A stretch of DNA of 64,000 bases, from NCBI RefSeq assembly GCF_004010195.1, contig NC_057720.1, positions 25,038,736 through 25,102,735 on the forward strand, given 5' to 3'. Of the stretch, positions 37,705 through 49,944 are shown piece by piece. The stretch is from Chiloscyllium plagiosum (Eukaryota). Numbering within the stretch: position 1 is the stretch's first letter; every line of letters starts with the position of its first letter. A program made the translations under genes and the position numbers. The notes below the pieces were generated by a model that was not told the DNA's origin, did not search any database, and was given only the letters and a program-made list of their open reading frames with translations.

Positions 37705-38820
37705 ATAGACATAGTAGCAACAGTAGGCCATTCAGTCCATTGTCTCTACTTCACCCTTTAATGAGATCATGGCTCAACTGATAATTCTCAACTCCATTTT
37801 CCTACCTTTTCCCCATAACCCTTGATTACCTTACTATTAAAAATCTGTCTAACTTAGCCAAGAATATACACAGCAACCCAGCCTCAACAACCCACTGCGA
37901 TAAAAATAATTTCACAGATTCACCATCCTCTAGAGAGAAGTTATTCATCCTCATTTCTCTCTCAAATGTGCACCATCTTGTTCTGAGATTATGTACTGTG
38001 GTCCTGGACTCTCCCACAAAGGGAAATAACCTTTCCACATCTACCCTGTCGAGTTCCCAAAGGATCTTGTATCTTTTAAAATGGGTTGCTTTTCATTCTT
38101 CTAAATCTCAATGAAGACAGGCCCAAACTACTCAACCATCCATTTCTGATATCAGCCTCATGAATCTTCTCTAGCCTGCTTCCAATGTAAGTATATCTTT
38201 TATAAACTACTGTTCACAGTACTCCAGCTGTGATCTGAATAATGTCTCATAAAATTTTAGCAAAATATCCCTACTTTTATATTCTCTTCCTTTTGAAATA
38301 AAGGCTGATATTCTATTTACTTTCCTTATTATCTGCTGAACTTGGATGCTAATTGTTTTTGTGATTCATGGATGAGGACTTCCAAATCTCTGTTGTGTAG
38401 CTTTCTGCATTTTTTTTTCCATTTTAAAAAACAAGTCAGCTTTTTTATTCTTGCCAAACTCCATCTGCCAAGTTTTTGCCGCTAAATTAACCTGTCTGTA
38501 TCCCTCTGCAGTCTCTTTGTGTCATCTTCACCACTTGGTAATCCCGCCAGTGTTTGTGATATCCACAGACTTGACTGCAGTCTACTCACTTTTCTGTTTA
38601 AGTCATTAATATTGTAAATAATTATAGCCCCAGTACTGCTCCCAATGGTACTCCTCCAGTTATAGTTGCCATTCTGAAAATGCCCCCCCTTATCCCAACT
38701 GTCTGTCTTCTGTTAGTTAGCCGATCCTTTATCCATGTTAATGTATTACCTCCAACACCAGGGTTTCTTATTAAATAACCCAATATGTGGTAATTATCAA
38801 ACCTTCTGAAAATTCAAGTA
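37705..38820 (-). mobile_element. CR1 LINE RT/3' fragment
   Basis: MERLFPFVGESRT...HNLR on the minus strand; CR1 tail. Confidence 0.8.
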
Positions 38821-39139
38821 TATAACCAAGTAAGGCAGTTTTATGGAGAAAAAGTGTTAATTAAGGAAAATTGCAGTTATTCGTGAGAGCTAAGTCAATT
38901 AAGTTTTCTTTGAATTGTGTTATATTTTAATGTTTATGTAATTATTTAGAACAGTATTATAAATTGTCATATAGTAGAAATAAGAAAAATGTATGGGAAC
39001 TAGCAGTTGTATTCTGAAAATAATCCACAAAGGATTGACCTAAGAATTTAGAATTGTAGTGCATAGGAATTCCCACGCAACCATCATTAAGTCTGGTTGT
39101 CAGTATTATGCTATAGTTTTATATTTGAATATTGTTGCT

Positions 39140-39470
39140 CGGTTTTTTTGCACTTTCATGGGACGTGGGTATCAATGACAAGGCCAGCCATTGATGCCTA
39201 TCCCTTACAGGTCTCGGACTAAGTGACTTGCTAGGTTATTTCAGAGATCAGTTGATTTCATTGCTGCTAGTCTGGAGATGCATGTAGGCCAGATGTGGTA
39301 ACAATGGCACATTTCCTTCCCTAAAGAATGCAAGGTGAATCAGATGTATTTTTAAGACAATCGATAATAGTTTCATGGTCACCATCACTGGGAATAGTTT
39401 TATGTTCTATATTTATAGTTTGAGTTTAAATTCAATCAGCTACTGCGGTGGTGGGGATTGAAACCAGAGT
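39140..39470 (-). mobile_element. tRNA-headed SINE with CR1-group LINE tail
   Basis: Tail ttcatgggacgtgggtatc...tgcctatccct directly adjoining head-derived body. Confidence 0.7.
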
Positions 39471-40578
39471 TAATTTTATGAGTCATGGGATGTAGGCATT
39501 GCTGGCAAGGCTGGCAATTTTTGCCGATTCCTAATTCCTCTTGATCTGCCTTCTTGAGTCACTGCAGTCCCTGAGATGCAAGAATATCTATTACGAAAAA
39601 TATTTCAGGACTTTTATCTAACAACCCTGAAAGAACTGTGATATACTTCCAAGTCCGATGGTGTGTGGCTTGAAAGGAACCTTGTGGTGGTTGTATGTTC
39701 CCATGTATCCACTAAGATTGTTCTATTAGATGATAGAGTTTGCAGGTTTGGAAGGTGCAGTTGAAGGAACCTTGGTGAGTTTCTGCGTTGCATCTTGTAG
39801 AAGGTACAGACTACCACTGTTCCTGGATGCTGAAGGGAATGAAAGTTGTATGTGTTAGTGTCACAATGTAAACTTATGGATTGAAAGAATCAGCAATAAC
39901 TCTTTCTGGAATAAATTGTTTCCGAAGATGAAAGAGACAAGGAGAAACTGCTCTAAAAGTACTAAAAGCAACATGCTACACAGCCATTCTTTGACTCGGT
40001 CTCCCCAAGCAACATAAACAATCTGTTTCCTGGGAGAGAGGAGTTAACATTGCTTGATAACCTACTGCCTTGCGACAATTGGGCAATTAAGACTGCCTTA
40101 GAAGGAATGACCTGAGGTAAAAGAGTTAATTGCAAGAAAAGTTGTGTTTCAAACAGACAGTTAACACCGATTGTAACAAGCACCAGGAAGCTACATCTAA
40201 TAAGAAGGCAAGCTGCAGACTTGAGGTCTCCAAAAGTGTAATCAGTGTTGGGGATGAAAGAATCTAACGGATCATCAATAATGTCACACCACAAACTTGA
40301 AAGAGAGAAAATTGTATAAGATTCTAATAGAACAATATAGCAGGAGAACTTTGAAGAACAACACACTGCATAAGGATCAAACTCTGGACATTTCCAGCGA
40401 CTGGTGTTTGGAATCTGAGCTAAATTCCACCATTAATCGGGTAAAAGCCAAGTTGAGTTTTGAGCCTTAACTTGCTTACTTGGGGTCTCTTGCTTACTTG
40501 GGGCCTGCAGTAAAGTTTAAGTCAGTGTTTCAGTACTTGATTGTCTGTGTTAGTTCTTAATAAGTAGTCGAATTAAAG

Positions 40579-40718
40579 GTACAAAGTTAAAAGTCACACA
40601 ACACTTGCGGAGCAGCCCTCCGAAAGCTAGTGCTTTGAATTAAACAAGTTGGACTATAACCTGGTGTTGTGATTTTTAACTTTGTCCACCCCAGTCCAAC
40701 AGCGGAATCTCCAAATCA
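40579..40718 (+). mobile_element. Mini-element of a second Penelope terminal-repeat family with an inverted 5' end
   Basis: ggagcagccctccgaaagcta (partial hammerhead core); 9-bp direct repeat gaattaaag at 40570-40578 and 40719-40727. Confidence 0.7.
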
Positions 40719-41667
40719 GAATTAAAGATAGTTTGTGGTGATTTACACACAATGTTGGGTTCCAATTAACTGGGCCGCTTTGTCTTGATGGTGTCAAACT
40801 TCTTGAGTGTTGTTGGAGCTGCTAGTGAAAATATTCCAGTGCACTCTTGACTTGTACTTTATATCATGGACAGAAAACAAGGAGGCAGGAGATGAGTACT
40901 TGCTGCAGAATTCTCAACCTCTGACACTGTTTTTGTAGCCATAGTATTTACATAACAGGGTTCAGTTCAGTTTCAGCTCAATGGCAACCCCCAAGATGTT
41001 GATGGTAGAAGATTTAATAATGGTATTTCCATTGAACATCAAGGGGCAATGGTTTGATTTTTTGTTTTGTTGGTGGTGTTCATTGCCTTTTACATATGCA
41101 GTCTGAATATTTCTAGCCACAAGCCAGTTCAAATTTTGCTGCATACGGACACATTGCTTCAGTATCTGAGGGGTGGAAAATGGTGCTGAACATCACAATC
41201 ATCAGCGAATATCCCCATCTTGGACCTTATGATGGAGGGAAGGTCATTGAGGAAGGTGTTGAAGATGGTTGAACCTAAGACTTTTAAATATTTTTCAATG
41301 ATGTCCTGTGGCTGAGATGATTGACCTCAAATAACCGCTGTTGTCTTCCTTACACTAGAAATGTCTTCAACTAGCTTAGAGTTTTTTTCCGGCTGATTCA
41401 GGGCTATATCAATGTATTCAAGTCTAAGACAGACAGATTTTTATCCAGGAGAAAGTCAAGAGTTAATGCATTTTGGAGGGGTCCAGAGCCCGTGTTGAGG
41501 ATTCTAAGGGCAACTCCTCCCCGAGAATATATATCATTGTGTTGCCACCTCTGGTGAATGAGTTCTGCGAGTCGGATAGGACATAACCAGCAATGGTGAT
41601 GGTGATGACTGGCACATTGTCTGGAAGTTATAATGCCAAAGTCAGGCTGTTGCTTGTCTAATTTGTG

Positions 41668-41796
41668 GGAGATTGTGAGGACTGCAGATGCTGGAGATCA
41701 GAGTCGAGAGTGTGGTGCTGGAAAAGCACAACAGGTCATGCAGCATCCTGGGAGTGGGCGAATCAACATTTCGAGCATAAGCCCTTCATCAGGAAT
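41668..41796 (-). mobile_element. Solo Penelope terminal repeat with decayed hammerhead motif
   Basis: Matches 33069-33196; core ctgatgaagggcttatgctcgaaatgtt. Confidence 0.85.
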
Positions 41797-43132
41797 CTGT
41801 GGATCAGCTCTTCCAATTTAACATAAGCCCCAGATGTGGGTGAGGCAAACTTCACAGGTTTTATATGTATTTCCTCTAATGTTTGCGTGGCAACATTATC
41901 TGGAACTGGATGTCAACGTGTGCACATATGTGTCCGAGCGGATGTGCAGCTTAGAGAAAAATTGTTGTCAGGGCAATATTTGCTGTTGTCGTTTCTGGAG
42001 CTTGGTAGTTGAGACTAAACACTTCATCTGGTTTCTTTGCTGTATTTGGACTTTGCAGCCGTTTGATGCAATTGAGTGATCTGTTAGGCTATTTCAGAGG
42101 ACGTTGAGCCACTTGCAATGCATGGTGTCTGGAGTCGCATGTAGGCCAGATGAGGTGAAATGGCATATTTGCTTCCCTTAGACTTTTAGTGAACCAGATA
42201 TCTTTTTATGACAATCCAGCTTTTACTTCCGATTTTTATTGAATTCACACTTCAATATCTGCCATGTTAGGATTTCAACTCTTATTCCCAGATTATTAGC
42301 CTGGGGTTCTCAACTAATAGCTCATTGACATTAACATTACACACCATGCTTGTGCAATATTCATAACAAATCCATGTGGGCTGATTCTCTTGACCACATC
42401 AAAATTCAAAGAGTTGTGTGAGGGCTGTGATTGCTGGAATCTGATTAAAGTCTGCTCAGACATATTTCTTGTAGGATTCTTGCAGGCAGTTGTGACCATT
42501 GACAGATGCCATCAGTTTGAGCCTAGCTTTTATTTCCAGTAATCTGTGGAGGCAAATAGTCTTCCATGTTATTGAATTGTTTAGGTTCTGCCTAGTTTCT
42601 TTTTGAAAAAAGTGTCTAGATTAATTCAGGACTTTGTTCATAAAATTAATTTCAATTATCTCCCTTTTAACCTTTTCTCCATAAACTTACTGCCTATCTC
42701 TCATCCTTGCTTCTAAGTTCCTAATTTTCATCTTGGATCCCTCCTTTGAATATTTCAGCTAATAAGCAATATTATTGAATAAACTTTGAAACTGTTTGCT
42801 GTGTGTTCTTTCATGCTGCCTGTATCTAGTATAAATTTCTTCTCTCACTCCCTGAAGTGAGTGGAGAATCAGCTGGGGAGCATTGTCTGCAATTCCCCAA
42901 TCTCGGACTGATCGAGGTCTGCTGAGCCAGATCAAAGCTCTTGACTTTGTGCAACAAAAAGCAGTGCATTATCCACAATGCCATTGATTGGGCCAGTTGT
43001 CTGTATGCCTTGCCTGATACTCCAGAATAAAATACTATCTTAGCTTTTTTTTCAACATTTTTGAGAATTTGTTGATGTATCCTTGTTTTATGGCTGCTTG
43101 TCTAGATTAGTGAAAGATTAACAGTATCCAAA

Positions 43133-44155
43133 AACATAGAACAGTACAGCACAGAACAGGCCCTTCAGCCCACGATGTTGTGCCGACCATTGATCCTCAT
43201 GTAAGGTAAACCTAATGTACAATTCCTCAAATTTCTGTGACCATATGCATGTCCAGCAATCTCTTAAATATCCCCAATGACCTCACTTCCACAACTGCTG
43301 CTGGCAACGCATTCCATGCTCCCACAATTCTCTGCGTAAAGAACCTGCCTCTGATATCCATTCTATACTTTCCGCCAAACAACTTAAAACTATGACCCCT
43401 CATTTTAAGAAGCTTGACAACGTCCAGGACAATGTATCCTGCTTGATTGATCGGCATCACAACAAGAGTAATCCACTCCTTCCATCACTGTGGCATAGTA
43501 CCACTCCATCTGCAAGATGCACTGCAGAAATTATCACATAGTTGTTATACAGCATCTTCCAAACTCATGAACACTACTATCTCGAGAACGAGAGCAGCAG
43601 ATATACCTTACCACCTTCAAGTTCCCCTCCAAGCCACTTGCCGTCCTTACTTGGAAATATACAAAGGGTGGTAGAGGTTTGGGACACTCTTTCACAAGCG
43701 GCAGTGGATGCAGGATCAGTGTTGGTTTTAAATCTGAGATAGATAGGTTTTTGTTTAGCAAAGGTATTAATAGATATGAGCCAGAGGCCCATATGGAGTT
43801 AGCTGCAGATCAGCCATGATCTCATTGAATATTGGAACAGATTTGGGCGGCTGAATGAACGACTCCTGCTTCTATGTTCCTATATCACCATACCTTTGCT
43901 GGTTTGAAATCCTGGGACTCCTCCCCAAACAGTACTGAGAGTGTATCTGCACCAAATACATTGTAGTGGTTCTAGAAGGCAGCTCACTATCACCTTCTTG
44001 AACACAAGGACAGACAGCTTTTTAATTAGTAATGGGTTGAAGGTTTATGGCGAGTAGGCAGGAAAGTGGATTGAGGCTGAGATGAGATCAGCCATGATCA
44101 TATCAATGGCAGAGCAGGCTTTTAAGCTGAATTGCCTACTCCTGGTTCTTATGTA
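43133..44155. mobile_element. Cluster of CR1 3' ends and CR1-group LINE fragments
   Basis: FFTQRIVGAWNALP (minus, 43133-43405); plus-strand tails at about 43665-43885 and 44005-44155. Confidence 0.8.
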
Positions 44156-44336
44156 AGTATCGATAAAGGATGTTCACATAACAAAGTTAATTTTCTTGTC
44201 TTTTTTTCCCAATTGTAAACCTGTCTATTGTAAATGAAAGGGATTCTTCAAATAGTCTCAGCTTGCTATCTGTATCCTGCTTCTTTTTATTCCCCATTAC
44301 ACCTAAATTGATTACTCTTTTTTCTCTTCCAAGCAG

Positions 44337-44450
44337 GTGATTATGAAGCAGAGAATGATTTTATCCGAGCTGTTCCATTCCAGTTCGATTTGATGAAACT
44401 TTTATCAAAGTGTCAACAAATAGAACTGTTTTTCCACATGTTCACTAAAG
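44337..44450 (+). CDS. SZT2: SZT2 exon R, GDYEAENDFIRAVPFQFDLMKLLSKCQQIELFF...TK
   Basis: long pyrimidine tract, aagcag|GT (alternative start 44334), AAG|gtaaga, 114 nt, phase 1-1. Confidence 0.92.
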
Positions 44451-45080
44451 GTAAGATTCCGCCGTCAGTCCCTAAATGACGCAAGCCAAAACTACCTCTG
44501 TGCTATGATGGTGCACACACAGTATCACTATAACGTGCAATTGTACCCAAATACAGGCATAACACATGTATTCATCACTTGCCTGCTGCTATAGAAAGGA
44601 GAACTCTGAACAACCCAGACCTGCTTCAGGAGGAGAGTGAGTGTGTAACTACTAAGCTGGGTGTTTGTTTCCCCGTATGGTGTGAAACAGGATGGTGATG
44701 ATTGGATAGGGAAAGACTTCTAATTGAAGTACCTTTCAATGTATCTCTTGTTCTTTTCCATGTCCATGAATAGTATTGTTGGAAAAAGTTATCTCCTCTT
44801 TAACTTATAAGCAGAAATGCAGTTGAATAAGTAGTGATGAAATAAGTATGTTTTCCAAATTGGTTGAGTTTATAAAATGGTAATATGGAATGGGAACGAA
44901 TAATTGAATTTTCTGAACAATTGATAGTGCATTCCTCACAGGAGCTTGTTACCAATATGACTACCTGTGTCCAAGTCTGATACGGCTGTAAAAATTATTC
45001 CACTTCTTCCCAAAAAGTATTTTAAGACAGGAGTTTTGTTAATATTTACACCTTATTCTGTGTTGTTTCCCTTCCTTCAG

Positions 45081-45281
45081 CAGAGAATGATGAGAGTACA
45101 AAGGAGACTACCTCTTTACCCAATGAGATCCTGTTAAATCTTTTCCATAGCTATTTGCAACAGGATCTCAGTGATCGGGAATTGCCATTAGCTGACTCTG
45201 ACCACATGACATTTATGCAACAAATCGTACAACGGGATCGGAATGGTCATCCGATGCCTTTCTCGCTACCACAAGCTAAAG
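45081..45281 (+). CDS. SZT2: SZT2 exon S, AENDES...PNEILLNLFHSYLQQDLSDRELPL...QAK
   Basis: cag|CAG tandem acceptor (alternative start 45084), AAG|gtaaaa, 201 nt, phase 1-1. Confidence 0.92.
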
Positions 45282-45430
45282 GTAAAATAGTCTAAATTTT
45301 GCTATGCTTTGTCTATCTCAATCTCTATCTTAATAAGTCAGTACAGCACAATTTTAGCATGCAGTTTATTTTTATAAACTAGTGAAGATTGAAGACATTT
45401 CTGAGAGTGGTTGAACACAGTCTCGTCTTG

Positions 45431-48400
45431 GAGTCATCAAGATGTACAGCACGGAAACAGACCCTTTGGTCCAACTCGCATGCCAACCAAATATCCCAAC
45501 CCAATCTAGTCCCACCTGCCAGCACATGGCCCACATCTCCCCAAAACCTTCCTATTCATATACCCATCCAGACGCCTTTTAAATGTTGCAATTGTACTTG
45601 CCTCCACCATTTCCTCTGGCAGCTCATTCACGCAGCACTCTCTGCGTAAAAAAAGTTGCCCCTTGGGTCTCAAACCTTTGCCCTCTAGTTCTGGACTCCC
45701 CCACCCCAGGGAAACGACATTGTCTATTTATCCTATCCATGCCACTCATGATTTTATAAACCTCTATAAGGTCACCACTCAGCCTCTGACGCTCCAGGGA
45801 AAACAGTCCTTGCCTATTCAACTTGTCCTTATAGCTCAAATCCTCCAACCTGGCAACATCCTTGTAAATCTTTTCTGAACCCTTTCAAATTTCACAACAT
45901 CTTTCCGAATGGAAGCAGATCAGAATTGCATGCAATATTCCAAAAGTGGCCTAACCAATGTCCTGTACGGCCACAACATGACCTCCCAACCCCTGTACTC
46001 AATACTCTGACCAATAAAGGAAAGCATACCTAACGCCTTCTTCACTATCCTATCTACCTGTGACTCTACTTTCAAGGAGCTATGAGCCTGCGCTCCAAGG
46101 TCTCTTTGTTCAGCAACATTCCCGTGGACCTGACCATTAAGTGTATAAGTCCTGCTCTTTCCATCTGCCACTTCTCAGTCCCTTGGCCCATCTGATCAAG
46201 ATCCCATTGTAATCTGAGGTAATCTTCTTCGCTATCCACTACACCTCCAATTTTGGTGTCATCTGCAAATTTACTAACTATACCTCTTATGCTCACATCC
46301 AAATCATTTATGTAAATGACAAAAAGTAGAGGGCCAGCACCAATCCTTATGGCACTCCACTACTCACAGGTCTCCAGTCTGAAAAACAGCCCTCCACCAC
46401 CACCCTCTGTTTTCTACCTTTGAGCCATTTCTGTATCCAAATGGCTAGTTCTCCCTGTATACCATGGGATCTAACCATGCTAACCAGCCTCCCATGGGGA
46501 ACCTTGTCGAATGCCTTACTGAAGTCGATATAGATCACAACGACCAGTCTACCCTCATCAGTCCTCTTTGTTACTTCTTCAAAAAAATTCAATTAAGTTT
46601 GAGAGACATTATTTCCCACGCACAAAGCCATGTTGACTATCCCTAATCAATCCTTGCCTTTCCAATACATGTACATCCTGTCCCTCAAGATTCCCTCCAA
46701 CAACTTGCCCACCACCGATGTCAGGCTGACTGGTCTATAGATCCCTGGCTTGTCATTACCAACCTTAAAAATGGTACCATGTTAGCCAACCTCCAGCCTT
46801 CCGGCACCTCACTTGTGACAATCGATAATACAAATATCTCAGCAAGGGGCCCAGCCATCACTTTCCTAGCTTCCCGTAGAGTTCTAGGGTACACCTGATC
46901 AGGTCCTGGGGATTTATCCACTTTTATGCGTTTCAAGACATCCAGCACTTCCTCCTCTGTATTATAGGCATTTTTCAAGATGTCACCATCTATTTCTCTG
47001 CATTCCATGTCCTTTTCCACAGTAAATACTGATGCAAAATACTCATTTAGTATCTGCCCCATCTCCTGCGTTTCCTCAGAAAGGTCGCCTTGCTGATCTT
47101 TGAGTGCCCCTATTCTCTCCCTAGTTGCCCTTTTGCCCTTAATGTATTTGTAAAATCCCTTTGGGTTCTCCTTAACTCTATTTGCCCTTTTTGCCCTCCA
47201 AATTTCCCTCTTATATGTACACCTACTGCCTTTATACTCTTCTAAGGTTTCATTCGATCTATCTTATCTATACCTGACATATGTTTCCTTATTTTTCTTA
47301 ACCAAAATCTCAATTTCTTTAGTCATCGAACATTCCCTACGCCTACTAGCCTTTCCTCTCACCCTAACAGGAACATTCTGTCTCTGGACTCTCGTTATCT
47401 CATTTCTGAAGGCTTCCCATTTTCCAGCTATGGCAGTCCCAGTCTATGTTTGGCAAGTTAAAATCCCTACCCTAACCACCCTATTATTCTAACAGACAAC
47501 TGAGGTCTCCTTACAAATTTGTTTCATAATTTCCCACTGACTATTACGGGGTCTATAATACAATCCCAATAAGATGGTCATCCCTTTGTTATTTCACAGT
47601 TCAACCCAAATAACTTCCCTGGATATATTTCCCCTCATCAAAAACACCACTCGCCCTCCTCTCTTGCCTCCCTTTCTGTCCTTCCTGTAGCATTTGTGTC
47701 CTGGAACATTAAGCTGCCAGTCCTGTCCATCCCTGAGCCACGTCACTGTAATTGCTATGATATCTCAGTCCCATGTTCCTGACCATGCCCTGAGTTCCTC
47801 CACCTTCCTTATTAGGCCTCTTGCATTGCAATAAATGCAGTTTAATTTATCAATCCTACCTTGTTCTCTGCTTTGTCCTTGCCTGCCCTGTTTGACTCAC
47901 TTATTTTCTCAACTGTACCAGTTTCAGAGTGATCTCTTTCCTCACTATCTCTCTGTGTTCACCGCACCCCCTACCTTAATAGTTTAAATCCTCCTGAGAA
48001 GCTCTAGCAAGTCTCCCTGCCAGTATATTAGTCCCCTTCCAATTCAGATGCAATCTGTCCTTCTTGCACGGATCTTGTTCTACCCTAAAAGAGATTCCAA
48101 TGATCCAAAAATGTGAATCCTTCCCCCATACACCAGCTCCTCAGCCATTCATTCCTCTGCTCTATCCTCCTATTCCTGCCCTCACTAGCTCGTAGCACCG
48201 GGAGTAATCTCGAGGGTCTCCTTTTTAAATTCCTGCCTAACTCTCTGTAATCTCCCTTCAGAATCTCAACCTTTTCCCTTCCTATGTCATTGGTTTCATT
48301 GTATACAATGACCTCCCCCTTGAGAACATTCTGTACCCTCTGAGACATCCTTGATCCTGGGACCAGAGAGGTAATACACCATTCTGATTTTTTGCTGCTG

Positions 48401-49500
48401 GCCGCAGAAACATCTATCTGTGCCTCGGACTAGAGAGTCCCCAGCACAATTGATCTCTTGGAACCCGACGTACCCCTCATTACATTATAGCCAGTTTCAA
48501 TATCAGAAACTTGGCTGTTCGTGCAACATTCCCCTGAGAATCCATCACCCTCCACGTTTTCCAAATCAGCATACTTGTTTGAAATAAGGATAGCCACAGA
48601 AGACTTCTGCACTACCTGCCTACATCTCTTACCTTTCCTGGAGTTAACCCATCTATGTGACTGTATCTTCAAGTTTTCTCCCTTTCTATAACTGCCATCC
48701 ATCACATCGCCTTGCTCTTGTAAATTCCTCATTGCCTCTAACTGTCTCTCCATTCGATCTGATAGGATTTGCAACCAACAGCATTTATTGCAGATATAAT
48801 TCTCAGTAACGGGTAAAGTCTCCCTATACTTCCACATCCAACAAGAGCATATCACTCTACTAAGGGCCATTTTTGCTTCTTCCAATCTATAGACCCAGAA
48901 AATAGCACTGTCTGATTCCTCTACAAAACACTGCTCCAGGCTAACTTAATACTTATGGCTTATATTTTTAAGTTTAATCAAGAGACATATTTCAATAAAA
49001 CATATAATCAAGAAAGAACCCACTCTGCTCACTACTACAGACTTACTGTAAGGCCACACTTAAAACTATTCCCTTATCTGTTTCTGTGCTGTGACCTCTC
49101 CCAAACAGGTTCCTCCAAGATCAGTTGTGAATTTCACTGTTTGTTAATTTTCCCAGATGCACTCCGATGTCCAGCGATACATGAATTCAAACAGCAAAGG
49201 CAGTAACTGCGCAGGTTCACTGCTGTCAGTTAGCAGCGTGCATTTCTTTCTCTGTCTCTCTCTTTCTCGTGCACTGCCTGACCATGTGCTCCATTTGTTT
49301 GTTCCTCTCCCTTTTAAAAGTGCTGTTGTTTTGATTTTGTTCTGGAATGTTGGAGGAAGAAAATGCAACAGCATATAAAACAGGATTTGCTGCACCTGGA
49401 ATTTGAGGAAGTCCCCTCTAACACCTAAAATACCTCAAAAAAGGAGCACCTTGTTACAGCCAGAAATTCTTCCCATTCTCCATCTTGGATTACCCAGGAT
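45431..49500 (-). mobile_element. Near full-length decayed CR1 LINE (5' UTR, ORF1 Zn-finger/esterase-like, ORF2 endonuclease-RT)
   Basis: ORF1 remnants RVICSCWMW...YICNKC and TNDIGR; ORF2 DKSPGPDQVYPR, IYIDFSKAFDKVPHGRL, SKFADDTKIGG, DLIEVYKIM. Confidence 0.93.
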
Positions 49501-49688
49501 GGATGTCTGAACTGAAAGCTAGTTTTAGGAAAAGGTGTCTTGTCTGTGTTAATGTCCTTATCCACGAAAAGCAGTTGTGTAAATTTCTGTCCGTACGAGT
49601 CTGTTTTTTGTGACATTAAATTGCTTTCATAAAAGTCTTATAATCACGCACAAGTAAGAAGTTAATGTGCTATATTTTTGTTCTGCAG

Positions 49689-49795
49689 ACGAACCACTGA
49701 AAGTGACCAAAATGTTGGACAGACAAGATACCATGATGTCATTGCATACCCTTGGAAGTAACAAAGAGGTCCTGGGTTCAACCAGCACCTTACAG
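49689..49795 (+). CDS. SZT2: SZT2 exon T (poorly conserved), DEPLKVTKMLDRQD...GSTSTLQ
   Basis: ttctgcag|AC, CAG|gtaggc, 107 nt; its phase 1-0 is what is needed to bridge exons S and U; little recognisable similarity to human. Confidence 0.8.
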
Positions 49796-49944
49796 GTAGG
49801 CAAGTTTAGGGCCTTGCAGAGCTGTTAACACATTTGAATTCAATTCATGTACAGGTAGTTGGTCTCACCTACCCAAGTTTGATACTGCTTCAAAAATCCA
49901 ATTGTCATAAAAATATAGATCAATGCACTAAATAAATTAAACTA

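Larger units (their letters stand above)
39470..42350 (-). mobile_element. Decayed CR1-group LINE with tRNA-like head (about 42040-42350), interrupted by several inserts
   Basis: Collinear with the reverse complement of 49945-54600. Confidence 0.72.
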
